Assembly: GCF_009936135.1 (NCBI RefSeq)
Contig: NZ_CP047901.1
Span: 475,643 to 539,642, forward strand
Direction: 5' to 3'
Source of the DNA: Candidatus Chazhemtobacterium aquaticus
GTDB lineage: Bacteria; Patescibacteriota; Microgenomatia; UBA1400; Chazhemtobacteraceae
Length of the DNA stretch: 64,000 bases
The notes below the pieces were generated by a model. It did no database searches. It saw only the letters and a list, made by a program, of their open reading frames with translations, and was not told the origin of the DNA. Positions 7,510-17,217 of the stretch are shown in pieces (within the stretch, counting starts at the first letter, position 1; every line of letters begins with the position of its first letter). The translations under genes were made by a program, and so were the position numbers.

Positions 7510-8736
7510 GTGAAATTAAAACTTCCTCGCTTAGTCATCTTTTCCATCGTTATTGGTATTCTGCTCCGTCTCATTTTTGCTCTCACCACCTATCACGGTG
7601 ATCTGGCTGCCTTGGTTCTAGCCGGTGACTCTCTGGCGGTTAAACACCAGTTCATCAACTTCTACGAATCGGTTTTCACCATTGGCACTCAGGGTGAGCT
7701 CAAGCTCCCCGACCACCAGATGACCTTCATCTACCAACCCTTAGCCTACTTCATCCCCGGTCTTATCTACCTTCCCTTTGCCGGTGTCTTAAAAGGCTTA
7801 GTCGATGGTTTGCTTCACATCAATCCCTATTTACTGGCAGGCAAATCTCTCTTCTTCCCTCTCCTTATATACAAGCTCCCCCTTATTCTCGCTGACCTAG
7901 GCACTCTCTTCCTGTTGCCTAAATTCTTTACCAAGAAGAAAGATCAACATCTCTCCCTCATCCTCTGGTCGCTTAATCCCCTCGCTATTTACGTCTCTTC
8001 CATGGTCGGCCAGGTTGACGCCATCCTTACCTCCTTCCTGGTTGCCGGACTCCTTGCTTTCAAGAAAGATCGCCTCTACCTCTCCATTTTCTTCTTTACT
8101 CTTTCCGCCTTAGTCAAACCCATTGGTTTGGTTCTTCTTCCTGCCGTTGCCCTTTACCACTACTCGCTTCATCGCCGATTGCTGGATGTCGTCAAACTAG
8201 TTTCCTCAGGACTCCTCACCTATCTTCTGGTCATCGCCCCCTTCCTACCCTCTTTAGCTTATCGCCAGTACACTCTCTTTGCTGAACACATAAACAAGAC
8301 CCTCTTTGCCGGTATTGCCATCTCACCCGGCACCCTCATTCCCTGGTTTTTCATCACCTATGCTGCCATCCTGGTTCTCTTGCTTAATCGCCGTATCTCA
8401 CCTTTCTACGCTCTTGGTGCCGCTTTGTTAGCCAGTCTCTCCTTTACCCATTTCCACCCTCAGTGGTTAATCTGGCTCACTCCTTGGCTCGTTATATACC
8501 TAGTTACCACTAGGGATTGGCTAACTCCTTTGGTTACCCTTTTTTCGTGGTTGGTTATTCTTTTCTCTTTTGAACCAAGCCTAACCTATCATCTTTTCTT
8601 CGGTCTTAATCTAAATCCCATTGCTCTTTCCTCCTCGCTTGCTTCCTTCACTCCTCATTTAATTTCCCTGTCCCGGGCCTGGATTGCTGCCCTTCTGCTC
8701 CATTTCACTCTACAAAAGCCAGCTCATGAAACTTAA
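7510..8736 (+). CDS. GT-C-fold glycosyltransferase (GT87/PIG-M-like)
   Basis: 'TYHGDL', 'FIYQPLAY', 'KLPLILADL', 'LNPLAIYVSSMVGQVD', 'LVKP' and 'HPQWLIW'. Start moved to GTG 7510, 6 nt after a TACAAT -10 box. Confidence 0.75.
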   Translation: MKLKLPRLVIFSIVIGILLRLIFALTTYHGDLAALVLAGDSLAVKHQFINFYESVFTIGTQGELKLPDHQMTFIYQPLAYFIPGLIYLPFAGVLKGLVDGLLHINPYLLAGKSLFFPLLIYKLPLILADLGTLFLLPKFFTKKKDQHLSLILWSLNPLAIYVSSMVGQVDAILTSFLVAGLLAFKKDRLYLSIFFFTLSALVKPIGLVLLPAVALYHYSLHRRLLDVVKLVSSGLLTYLLVIAPFLPSLAYRQYTLFAEHINKTLFAGIAISPGTLIPWFFITYAAILVLLLNRRISPFYALGAALLASLSFTHFHPQWLIWLTPWLVIYLVTTRDWLTPLVTLFSWLVILFSFEPSLTYHLFFGLNLNPIALSSSLASFTPHLISLSRAWIAALLLHFTLQKPAHET

Positions 8737-10456
8737 AAACAAATCTCTCCTTGCCCTGCTTATCCTTACCCTTCTCGGGTTTATTCTCCGCTTTACCAAT
8801 CTTGACCAAAACCCTCCTGCTCTTAACTGGGATGAGGTCAGTCATGGCTACAACGCCTTCTCTATCCTAAAAACCGGTAAGGATGAGTGGGGTGTTGCCT
8901 TCCCCTTAATTTTCCGTGCCTTTGGTGATTACAAACTCCCTTTATACATCTACCTCACTGTTATTCCAGTCGCCCTCTTTGGCCTTAACGCCATTTCAGT
9001 AAGGTTAGTCTCGGTCCTAGCTGGCACCCTGGCTATTCCCGGCATCTACTTGCTTACCCGTCAGCTTTTTCCCAAGGTAGCTTTAAATTTTAAATTCAAA
9101 AAGCGATCTGTTTCTTTGTCATTACCTTTTCTTGCAGCTTTCTTTTTAAGCTTACTTCCTTGGCACCTCTTTATATCCCGCCCTGCTCTTGAAGCCAATC
9201 TAGGCCTGACTCTTTTCCTCTTTGCCGTTTACTTCCTGCTTAAATTCAAAGACAATCCCAAGCATTTACTCATCTCCTCCATCTTTTTCTCTCTCACTCT
9301 TCACACCTACAACACCTACCGAGTCTTGACCCCTCTCTTTCTCTTTCTCTACTTCCTACCTAAAGTTAAACCCTCATCTATCAAGCGTTTCTTAAATAAA
9401 CAACAACCTCGCCTGCTTTGGTTGTCACTAGCCGTATTTTTTCTTTCCTTCTCTCTAGTTATTTCCCAGACTCTTAGTGGCACTGGCACTGCCCGTTACC
9501 AGAAACTAGCTATCCTCAATGACCAGACAGTTTTCCAGATAGGGGAGGCTCGTCAAAACAGCTCTCTGCCGCCAGTGTTGGCTCGACTTCGTCACAACCG
9601 TCCTCTTTTCTTTGTAGAGCAGTTTGCCCACAACTATCTTAACTACTTCACTCCCCAGTTCCTCTATCAATCCAACGGAGCCCAGACCCAGTTCGCTATT
9701 CCTTACAAGAATCTGCTTACCCTTAATCTAACCATCTTGGCTGTATTGGGTTTCTTTGTCGTAATTAAACATATTAAGAACTCTTCCCATCGTCTGGTTT
9801 TACTTCTACTCGCCTTAAGTCCGGCCGCCGCTGCCATTACTGCCAGTCCGCCGCAGGCCCTGCGTCCTACTCCATTAATCATTCCCCTGACCTTGTTAGC
9901 CGCTCTTGGATTCTTTGTAGTAGTCAATCTTTTTTCCTCTCGCAACTGGGCCAAGTCAGCCGTTGCCTTTATTCTGCTTGTCAGTTTCATGTCCTCATCC
10001 TTTAGCTATCTCTCTACCTACTGGAACTCATATCGATTTGAGTACTCCACCTCCTGGCAATATGGTCATCAACAGCTTTTCGAGTATCTTGGGAAAAATC
10101 AGGATCAGTACGACCGCATTTTCATCACCAAGTATCACGGTGAGCCCCACATCTTTTATGCTTTCTTTATGAAGCTTAACCCTCATCTGCTTCAGCCCGG
10201 TGGTGACAGTTTGCGCTTTAAGCAATCAGATTGGTACTGGACTGATCGTATTGGCAAAGTCTATTTCGTCAACGACTGGGACATTCCCTACTTCTCTCCC
10301 GCCCCTGCCATTCCGCTTGAGTCAGGTGATCTTATACCCACCTCCAATGCCTTGCTTATCACCTCAGTTGAGCACTTGCCATCAAACACAGAGATTGTTG
10401 AGTTAATCGAGGACTTATCTGGTAACATCGCCTTTGTAGTTGCCAGATTTAAGTAA
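8726..10456 (+). CDS. ArnT/PMT-like GT-C glycosyltransferase (paralog 1)
   Basis: 'PPALNWDE..GYNAFSILKTGKDEWG...FGDYKLP', 'PWHLFISR...E' and 'WQYG'. ATG 8726 overlaps the end of the upstream gene. Confidence 0.85.
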   Translation: MKLKNKSLLALLILTLLGFILRFTNLDQNPPALNWDEVSHGYNAFSILKTGKDEWGVAFPLIFRAFGDYKLPLYIYLTVIPVALFGLNAISVRLVSVLAGTLAIPGIYLLTRQLFPKVALNFKFKKRSVSLSLPFLAAFFLSLLPWHLFISRPALEANLGLTLFLFAVYFLLKFKDNPKHLLISSIFFSLTLHTYNTYRVLTPLFLFLYFLPKVKPSSIKRFLNKQQPRLLWLSLAVFFLSFSLVISQTLSGTGTARYQKLAILNDQTVFQIGEARQNSSLPPVLARLRHNRPLFFVEQFAHNYLNYFTPQFLYQSNGAQTQFAIPYKNLLTLNLTILAVLGFFVVIKHIKNSSHRLVLLLLALSPAAAAITASPPQALRPTPLIIPLTLLAALGFFVVVNLFSSRNWAKSAVAFILLVSFMSSSFSYLSTYWNSYRFEYSTSWQYGHQQLFEYLGKNQDQYDRIFITKYHGEPHIFYAFFMKLNPHLLQPGGDSLRFKQSDWYWTDRIGKVYFVNDWDIPYFSPAPAIPLESGDLIPTSNALLITSVEHLPSNTEIVELIEDLSGNIAFVVARFK

Positions 10457-10461
10457 ACAGA

Positions 10462-11238
10462 GTGAATCCGACAATTATTCCAACTCAATTCTCAATACTA
10501 CTTCTTAGTCTCCTAGGATATATTGTTATTACCCATAAATCCTACATCGTTTTTTTATATCTTATTTCCGTTCCTTTCTTCTTTTATTTTCCGCTCCAAC
10601 CGGTAACTTTAGTAATTTCTATAATTTTCGGAATTCTTCTTTTTGAATTGTTTAATAAGCCAAACAAGAAAAACTTTATTCTATCTTCACTCGTACTTTT
10701 TATTGCTTTTTTTCTCCTCCATCAAAACAGTCATCTATATATTCCCACCAGCAACATTATTGATCACCAAAGAGGTGCTCATCCCGATTGGCAATACAGC
10801 TCAATCCCTCGCTTACTGCACAACAAATTTTACTTAGTTTTCCAATACCTAGACATACTTATTAGTAAACTTTCACCTTCACGTCTGTTTGTCTATGGTT
10901 GGTACCCAAATTTGTCTCCATATCTACCATTAGGTTATTTTTTTGCTTCAGATTTAATTTTTCTATATGCATTTCTCAAATCACGACTTGGTCATCCAAA
11001 GTCACCCATCTTATATTTTTTCCTTTCTTTGGTTCTTCTGGGAATAGCTATATTTGAAGGGCAGATCTCTCTTTTCTTCTTATCCTCACTGGTTCTTTTC
11101 ATGGCACTATGCATTTCACACTTTATAGCCGGACTGCCACGCAAATACTCACTTACCACTCTCTCGGTTTATGCATTAACTTTGTTATGGATTAACCCAA
11201 CCATTAACCTATTTTGGAACATTGGTTTTCGTCCTTAG
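10462..11238 (+). CDS. membrane protein resembling the central/C-terminal part of the ArnT-like paralogs
   Basis: Multi-TM. 'RLLHNKFY...YLDIL...SPSRLFVYG' parallels 'RLRHNRP...YLNYFTPQFLY' of its neighbours. It lacks the N-terminal DE loop. Confidence 0.55.
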   Translation: MNPTIIPTQFSILLLSLLGYIVITHKSYIVFLYLISVPFFFYFPLQPVTLVISIIFGILLFELFNKPNKKNFILSSLVLFIAFFLLHQNSHLYIPTSNIIDHQRGAHPDWQYSSIPRLLHNKFYLVFQYLDILISKLSPSRLFVYGWYPNLSPYLPLGYFFASDLIFLYAFLKSRLGHPKSPILYFFLSLVLLGIAIFEGQISLFFLSSLVLFMALCISHFIAGLPRKYSLTTLSVYALTLLWINPTINLFWNIGFRP

Positions 11239-11241
11239 TCT

Positions 11242-12915
11242 ATGAAACTAAACCGCTTATATCTTCTAGCCGCCATTATATTTGTCCTCGCAGTTCTACT
11301 CCGTTTTCTTTATATAGACACTATTCCCAACAACTTAACCATGGATGAAGTAAATAACGGCTACACAGCTTACTCGCTTCTTAAAACAGGTCACGACGAA
11401 TGGGGAAATTTTCTTCCTTTTTCATTTCGTTCGGTCGGTGATTACAAACCTCCAATACTGATTTACCTAACTGTTCCATCTATTGCTCTTTTCGGTCTAA
11501 ACGAATTTTCTGTTCGTTTCCCTGTAGCTCTTGCTTCACTCTTTTCCCTCCTTTTTACCCTTCTCCTTAGTAAGAAATTTTTATTTGCCAAACAACCACT
11601 CTGGTTTCACCTATTCGTATTATTTTTGTTCGCCACATCCCCGTGGCACATCATATTCTCCCGATCCGGATACGAAGCCGTTGTCGCCCTCCTCTTCTTT
11701 CTTATTAACATTCTCCTTCTTTTACAGTTTATTAAGGAAAAAAGACCTATTCTGCTTGCTTTAGCCATCACTTTTGCTTTCCTTTCTGTCTTCACTTATC
11801 ACTCCTACAAAGTCTTTACCCCTCTGATGAATTTGCTGGTCATCTTCGTTTATCGTCAGACATTACTAGAACATTTTAAGCATGTTTTTGGCACCTCCAG
11901 ACTTCATTGCTCTTATTTGGCTGTCCTTGGCCTACTCATCTTCCTCAGCTGGTTTTTGATTACTCAATACCTTACCGGGCCCGGGGCAACCAGAGCTTCA
12001 ATGGTTTTCATATCTTCAGATTATGAATACAAAGTCGCTCTGATTGATAAACTGCTTAAATATGATTTTCACCATTATCAATATCTCTTTTTCCCCCTCT
12101 TTTGGTTTAAACGCTATCTTGACTATTTCTCACCCAATTTCTACCTATATTCAGGGTTAGAATTAACCCAACCCGGACACATAGGGTCAGGCGTTACTGG
12201 TTTTGCTGTATTCAGTCTTTTCGTTACTGGTCTATATGCACTCCTTTTTAATAAAGGTAAGTTGCTTATTAGGCAGCCTATCCGCACGATTCTTTTAGGT
12301 TGGCTCTTTATTGGCTTTCTGCCTGCTTCTCTGGCAAACAATATTCAACAACCTCTCCGTGCCCTAGCCGCCTTGCCAGCAATTCTATTTATTGCAGCTC
12401 TAGGTTTATTGCATTTATTTCAATCTTTAAGAAATCGTTTTCATCTCATAGTCATTGCTGTATTTCTAACTACATTATTTGTCTTTGATTATGTTAGATT
12501 TGCTGATCATTACCTCATTCACTACCCATACGATCTGGCAGAAGGACGTCACTATGGCTGGAAGCAGATTTATCAATATTTGGAACCTATAAAAGACAAC
12601 TACCATCAAATTTACGTCGATCAACGTTATGGCCACACGGGTAGAACAACTTACTCAGTCCCGTACCTCTACTTTCTTTTTTACTCACAATACGATCCCC
12701 TCGTATTTCAGCAAGATCCCCGAAGGAAGCAGCACGATGCCAACTTTGATCAATTCATCTTTGGTGACATAGATTGGCAGTCCCAGGATCTGGGCAAAAA
12801 CAATCTGTTTGTTGCCTCACCCTGGAGTTTTACCATCTACCAAGGGCCCATCTTGCACACCGTTTATTTCCCCGACGGGGTTCCTGCCTTGCATATTATC
12901 GAAGGACCAAAATAA
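11242..12915 (+). CDS. ArnT/PMT-like GT-C glycosyltransferase (paralog 2)
   Basis: 'LTMDEVNNGYTAYSLLKTGHDEWG...VGDYKPP' and 'SPWHIIFSRSGYE'. Confidence 0.85.
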   Translation: MKLNRLYLLAAIIFVLAVLLRFLYIDTIPNNLTMDEVNNGYTAYSLLKTGHDEWGNFLPFSFRSVGDYKPPILIYLTVPSIALFGLNEFSVRFPVALASLFSLLFTLLLSKKFLFAKQPLWFHLFVLFLFATSPWHIIFSRSGYEAVVALLFFLINILLLLQFIKEKRPILLALAITFAFLSVFTYHSYKVFTPLMNLLVIFVYRQTLLEHFKHVFGTSRLHCSYLAVLGLLIFLSWFLITQYLTGPGATRASMVFISSDYEYKVALIDKLLKYDFHHYQYLFFPLFWFKRYLDYFSPNFYLYSGLELTQPGHIGSGVTGFAVFSLFVTGLYALLFNKGKLLIRQPIRTILLGWLFIGFLPASLANNIQQPLRALAALPAILFIAALGLLHLFQSLRNRFHLIVIAVFLTTLFVFDYVRFADHYLIHYPYDLAEGRHYGWKQIYQYLEPIKDNYHQIYVDQRYGHTGRTTYSVPYLYFLFYSQYDPLVFQQDPRRKQHDANFDQFIFGDIDWQSQDLGKNNLFVASPWSFTIYQGPILHTVYFPDGVPALHIIEGPK

Positions 12916-12920
12916 ACACC

Positions 12921-13601
12921 ATGAAACCAGTCAAGAAAAATAAACCAAACTTATCTGCCCATATCATCTACCTTCTCTTCTTTACGGCTGTCATCATGCT
13001 TCTTCCTCCTTTACTTCATCTACCTTTAGTTCTCTCCTTTCTTCCCTCCTTGTCTATTTCTTCTCATTGGTTTCTCGAGTTAAGTTTTCTTTTTGGCGTT
13101 ACCCTCATTCCTCTGCTTGTTATCTATGTCTTCTCTAAACTCATTTTAGTTATTAAAAAGCCATCTTACTTTATTATTCTCTCTGCTCTGCTTCTGATTC
13201 TTGTCTCGTACTTGAATCTTGATTACTCCTTCATCTTAGTCAATCAAGCTAATGCCACTCGCCTGCTTGTTTTTGGTCTTATCTTTACCCTCTATACCAG
13301 TCTTGTCTTAAGTTATTTCTGGAAGAAAATATTTGTCAAAGGTTATGTTTCTTATGCCCATCTGCTTAAACCCTCTCTCTATCTAGTTGCTTTCCTCTTG
13401 TTTATCGAGTGGTTGATTATGATTACCACTGGTCGCAACCTACTTCTCGATTTATACATTCTCCTGGGCGAATCACTCATAGAGTTAATCAACATCTTCT
13501 ATCTCGATTTCTATGGCTTTGTCGGCATTTTCTTTAGCCTGCTTGCCTCAACCACTGCCCTGATCTCTCTCTTTATCCATTCCCGCTGGCATTTGTCATA
13601 A
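12921..13601 (+). CDS. hypothetical multi-TM membrane protein
   Basis: About 6 hydrophobic helices. ATG 12921 lies just after the upstream stop; the ORF-track start at 12774 overlaps the upstream gene. Confidence 0.6.
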   Translation: MKPVKKNKPNLSAHIIYLLFFTAVIMLLPPLLHLPLVLSFLPSLSISSHWFLELSFLFGVTLIPLLVIYVFSKLILVIKKPSYFIILSALLLILVSYLNLDYSFILVNQANATRLLVFGLIFTLYTSLVLSYFWKKIFVKGYVSYAHLLKPSLYLVAFLLFIEWLIMITTGRNLLLDLYILLGESLIELINIFYLDFYGFVGIFFSLLASTTALISLFIHSRWHLS

Positions 13602-13608
13602 TATGGGT

Positions 13609-15285
13609 ATGAAGTTATCTAAAGACTTAATCATAGTCCTTCTTCTAGCCGCCTTGCTTCGTCTTCCTTTCTTAGGCCAATATCCTGCTGGACTTAACGC
13701 TGATGAAGCAGCTCTTGGCTACAATGCCTACTCCCTCATTCAAACTGGTGCTGATGAACACGGTGTCTCCTGGCCCCTGGTTTTCCGCTCCTTTGATGAC
13801 TACAAACCGCCTCTCTATGTATATATTGTTCTTCCCTTTGTCTACCTTTTTGGCTTAACGCCTTTTGTTGTTCGTCTCCCTTCTGCTTTGCTAGGTATTG
13901 CCACCGTCTATCTCACCTATCTCCTGACTCATCAGCTTTTTCCCAAAAAAGAGATTGTCTTAAACAAGAAAAAGTTAAGTTTAAGTTTACTGGCAACTTT
14001 CTTACTTGCCATCAGCCCCTGGCATCTCCACTTTTCTCGCGGTGCTTGGGAAGTCAATGTCGCCCTCTTTTTCCTCACGCTTGGCCTTTACACCTTCTTT
14101 AAAGCTTTAAACTCTCCTCGCTTCTATATCCTCTCCGCCCTTTCCTTTGTCGCCTCCCTATATACCTACCACTCCATTCGCATCATCGCGCCCCTGCTTT
14201 TGTTAGTTTTGGTCATTCTTCACCACAAACAACTACTCACTCAGCTTAAAAACTCTGCCTCTAGAGGTTTCCTGTTGGTCGCCTTTGTCCTCGGTCTGTT
14301 CTTAACCCTTCCTCTAGCTTCTCAAATGCTCTCCCAGGAAGGTCAGTCCCGTTTCTCTGGTGTCTCCATTTTTGCCGACTCCGGTCCTCTCTGGGAAGCT
14401 TTAGAGAAACGCCGTCTAAGTCCCGATCCTGACTCGCTCTTAACCAGACTTCGCTACAACCGTTACTTGAGTTACTCCAAGCGATTTGTAGAAAACTATC
14501 TGTCTCACTATCAACCCGACTTCCTCTTTATCTCCGGTGATGAGATAGCCAGAAGCAAGGTTCCAGGTTTTGGCCAAAGCTTTGTTATATTCGCCCCCTT
14601 CTTCTACCTTGGCCTCGTTGTTTTGTTCTTTAAGCGCACTTCGGCTCATCGCTTTCTTTTTGCCTGGTTGTTACTAGCCCCCTTAGCTGCCGCCCTTACC
14701 TTTCAGTCTCCCCATGCCTTAAGAAGTCAAAACATGGTTATCCCTTTTAGTCTCACTCTTGGTATTGGCATCCTCACCTTTTTTTCCTGGCTTAAGGGCT
14801 TTAAACCCAAGAGCGTCCTTATTATCTTTGTCCTCTTAGGCCTTCTTACCGCCAAACACTTCATCTCTTACATAAACAGCTACTATTTCCACTACCCCAA
14901 AGTCTATCCCTTTGCCTGGCAGTATGGTTTTGACCAACTGGCAGAGTATTTAAGCCCCATTCAGTCTGACTACGACACCATCGTCATCTCTGACCGCTAT
15001 GATCAGCCATATATCCTGCTTGCCTTCTTCCTTAAATACGATCCCAACAGATTGCAGCAAGAGCTAGTCTTTTCTGATCGTGATAACTTTGGTTTTTCTA
15101 CCGGCAGAAGCTTTGGCAATTACAAGTTCCACCGCATCACCGACCAGGACTTTGATTTACCCAACACCTTGATTGTGGTTGCCGATGAACCGGTTCCAGA
15201 TGGCCTTACTCCCATCCACACCCTCTACTATCCCAACCAGCAACCTGTCTTCACCATCTATCAGACCTCTAAATTGGTAGAATAA
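13609..15285 (+). CDS. ArnT/PMT-like GT-C glycosyltransferase (paralog 3)
   Basis: 'PAGLNADEAALGYNAYSLIQTGADEHG...FDDYKPP', 'SPWHLHFSRGAWE' and 'WQYG'. Start is 13603 or 13609. Confidence 0.85.
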   Translation: MKLSKDLIIVLLLAALLRLPFLGQYPAGLNADEAALGYNAYSLIQTGADEHGVSWPLVFRSFDDYKPPLYVYIVLPFVYLFGLTPFVVRLPSALLGIATVYLTYLLTHQLFPKKEIVLNKKKLSLSLLATFLLAISPWHLHFSRGAWEVNVALFFLTLGLYTFFKALNSPRFYILSALSFVASLYTYHSIRIIAPLLLLVLVILHHKQLLTQLKNSASRGFLLVAFVLGLFLTLPLASQMLSQEGQSRFSGVSIFADSGPLWEALEKRRLSPDPDSLLTRLRYNRYLSYSKRFVENYLSHYQPDFLFISGDEIARSKVPGFGQSFVIFAPFFYLGLVVLFFKRTSAHRFLFAWLLLAPLAAALTFQSPHALRSQNMVIPFSLTLGIGILTFFSWLKGFKPKSVLIIFVLLGLLTAKHFISYINSYYFHYPKVYPFAWQYGFDQLAEYLSPIQSDYDTIVISDRYDQPYILLAFFLKYDPNRLQQELVFSDRDNFGFSTGRSFGNYKFHRITDQDFDLPNTLIVVADEPVPDGLTPIHTLYYPNQQPVFTIYQTSKLVE

Positions 15286-15289
15286 AGGT

Positions 15290-16144
15290 ATGCCTAAATC
15301 AGCCACTCTCTCAATCGCTCTGGCAACCTACAATGAACAGGACAATATTGTTGATTGTTTAAAGTCGCTTAAAGGCATTGCCACGGAGGTGATTGTGGTT
15401 GACGGTTCCTCCACCGACCAAACCAGGCAGCTGGCTAAAAAACACAAAGCTAAAGTCTACAAAACCACCAACAAACCCATCTTCCATATCAACAAGAACC
15501 TAGCTATCAAGAAATGTAAAGGTGATTGGATTCTCCAGCTTGATGCTGATGAGCGTCTCACCCCAGAATTAAAGGAAGAGATTGCCCAGGTACTGTCAGG
15601 ATCATATTTTGGCTACACCGACTGGCGTTCAAGTCAAAAATATCAGGCAGACACTCCACCGGTTGCTTACTGGCTTAAGCGTCGCAATTACTTTTTAGGT
15701 CATTACTTCACCAAATCAGGCCAGTATCCTGATCCAGTCATTCGTCTCTTCAGGCGTGGTTTTGCCACTTTACCAGCCAAAAGTGTACATGAACAGATGA
15801 AGGTAAATGGCCCACTTGCCTGGTTAAAATCAGATCTTGATCACTTTGCTACCCCAACATTTTCACGATACATTCAACGCGAAAACAGATATTCCTCACT
15901 TACAGCTCAAGAGCTGAAGGATGGGGGAGTTACCATCAATCCCTTCTCGTTTATTAACTTTATCTTCATAAAACCTCTCTCCACCTTCCTTGCTATCTAT
16001 CTTCGCCACAAGGGTTTTCAAGACGGCTTCTCCGGTTTTGTTTTTGCTCTTTTTTCAGGCCTTCACCATGCCTTAAGCTATATCAAACTCTGGGAGCTAA
16101 AAAGCGGCAAGCGGAATCTTAATTTGCAAACTGATTGGAGCTAA
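15290..16144 (+). CDS. GT2 glycosyltransferase (beta-1,4-glucosyltransferase/WaaE-like)
   Basis: 'ATYNEQ', 'VVDGSSTDQT', 'WILQLDADE', 'YPD..IRLF', 'VHE' and 'KGFQDG..G'. Confidence 0.88.
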   Translation: MPKSATLSIALATYNEQDNIVDCLKSLKGIATEVIVVDGSSTDQTRQLAKKHKAKVYKTTNKPIFHINKNLAIKKCKGDWILQLDADERLTPELKEEIAQVLSGSYFGYTDWRSSQKYQADTPPVAYWLKRRNYFLGHYFTKSGQYPDPVIRLFRRGFATLPAKSVHEQMKVNGPLAWLKSDLDHFATPTFSRYIQRENRYSSLTAQELKDGGVTINPFSFINFIFIKPLSTFLAIYLRHKGFQDGFSGFVFALFSGLHHALSYIKLWELKSGKRNLNLQTDWS

Positions 16145-17202
16145 TGTCACCTCTTCGTGTCCATATCCCTACCGACTCCCGCTCCACCGGTCGTGGTATT
16201 GGTTTTTACACCGCTAATCTGATTGATGCTCTAAAAAAGATTAAGGACATCAAGCTTGTTGATACTCAACCTGACCTTATTCACTATCCCTACTTTGATC
16301 TCTTCTATCCAACCCTCAATCCTACTGAAAACATTCCCTCTATAGTCACCATCCATGACGTTACCCCTTTAGTTCTGTCTCGTTTCTACCCCAAAGGCAT
16401 CAAGGGTAGGTTTAATTTGTTTAAACAAAAACAGGCCCTTAAACGCGTCACTGCCGTCATTACCGACTCAAACAACTCCAGGCAGGATATCATCAAGCAC
16501 CTCAGGGTTCCTGAAAACAAGATTCATGTCACCCCTTTAGCTGTTGACCCCTTCTATGCCAAACCAGTCAGTAGTAAGGCTATCAGCGAGGTTAAGGCCA
16601 AGTACTCTCTTCCTGATGTATTTCTTCTTTATGTTGGTGGAGTCAATCCCAACAAAAATCTACCCCGCCTTATAACAGCCGTTACCAAGCTCAATCTGCC
16701 TTTAGTTCTAGTTGGCTCAGAGTTTACTCGGCCCACTCCTCCCATTTCTTCTCTTAAAGCCAAGCTAGGCCTCCAATCAGTTCATCCCGAGTTAAAGGAT
16801 TTACGATTCATTAAACACTCACTTGAAACCAATCCCTTACTTCACGCCCTAGGCTTTGTTTCCAACCAAGATCTCTCAGCCATATATCGTCTGGCTCTAG
16901 CCTACTGTCAGCCCTCACTGTATGAAGGCTTTGGTCTGCCAGTCCTGGAAGCCATGTCTGCCGGTTGTTTGATCGTTGGTAGCAACCAGAGCAGTTTGCC
17001 AGAGATCTATCCCCCCCAAGCCATTACCTTTGACCCAAAAAGCACTCAGTCAATGCTTAATGCTTTAAAAAAAGTTATTGGTCTCAAACCCAAGGACAGA
17101 GAAACTCTCATCAAGCTTGGACTAGAAAGATCTAAAGATTTCTCCTGGGACGCCACCGCCAGACTCACTGCCACTGTCTACTCACTTGCCAAAAATACAT
17201 AA
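16144..17202 (+). CDS. GT4 family glycosyltransferase
   Basis: 'GRGIGFY', 'VTIHD', 'PNKN', '[15 protein letters not shown]' and 'FSW'. Confidence 0.9.
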   Translation: MSPLRVHIPTDSRSTGRGIGFYTANLIDALKKIKDIKLVDTQPDLIHYPYFDLFYPTLNPTENIPSIVTIHDVTPLVLSRFYPKGIKGRFNLFKQKQALKRVTAVITDSNNSRQDIIKHLRVPENKIHVTPLAVDPFYAKPVSSKAISEVKAKYSLPDVFLLYVGGVNPNKNLPRLITAVTKLNLPLVLVGSEFTRPTPPISSLKAKLGLQSVHPELKDLRFIKHSLETNPLLHALGFVSNQDLSAIYRLALAYCQPSLYEGFGLPVLEAMSAGCLIVGSNQSSLPEIYPPQAITFDPKSTQSMLNALKKVIGLKPKDRETLIKLGLERSKDFSWDATARLTATVYSLAKNT

Positions 17203-17217
17203 AAAAACTCAAACTCC

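Noticed and set aside
7258-8736. The small ORF's TAG is in frame with the downstream GT-C gene, suggesting possible amber/pyrrolysine readthrough
   Set aside because: A terminator-like hairpin and a separate -10 box with GTG 7510 lie between them. The intervening translation is not protein-like, TAG is an ordinary stop elsewhere, and an in-frame arrangement occurs by chance one time in three.
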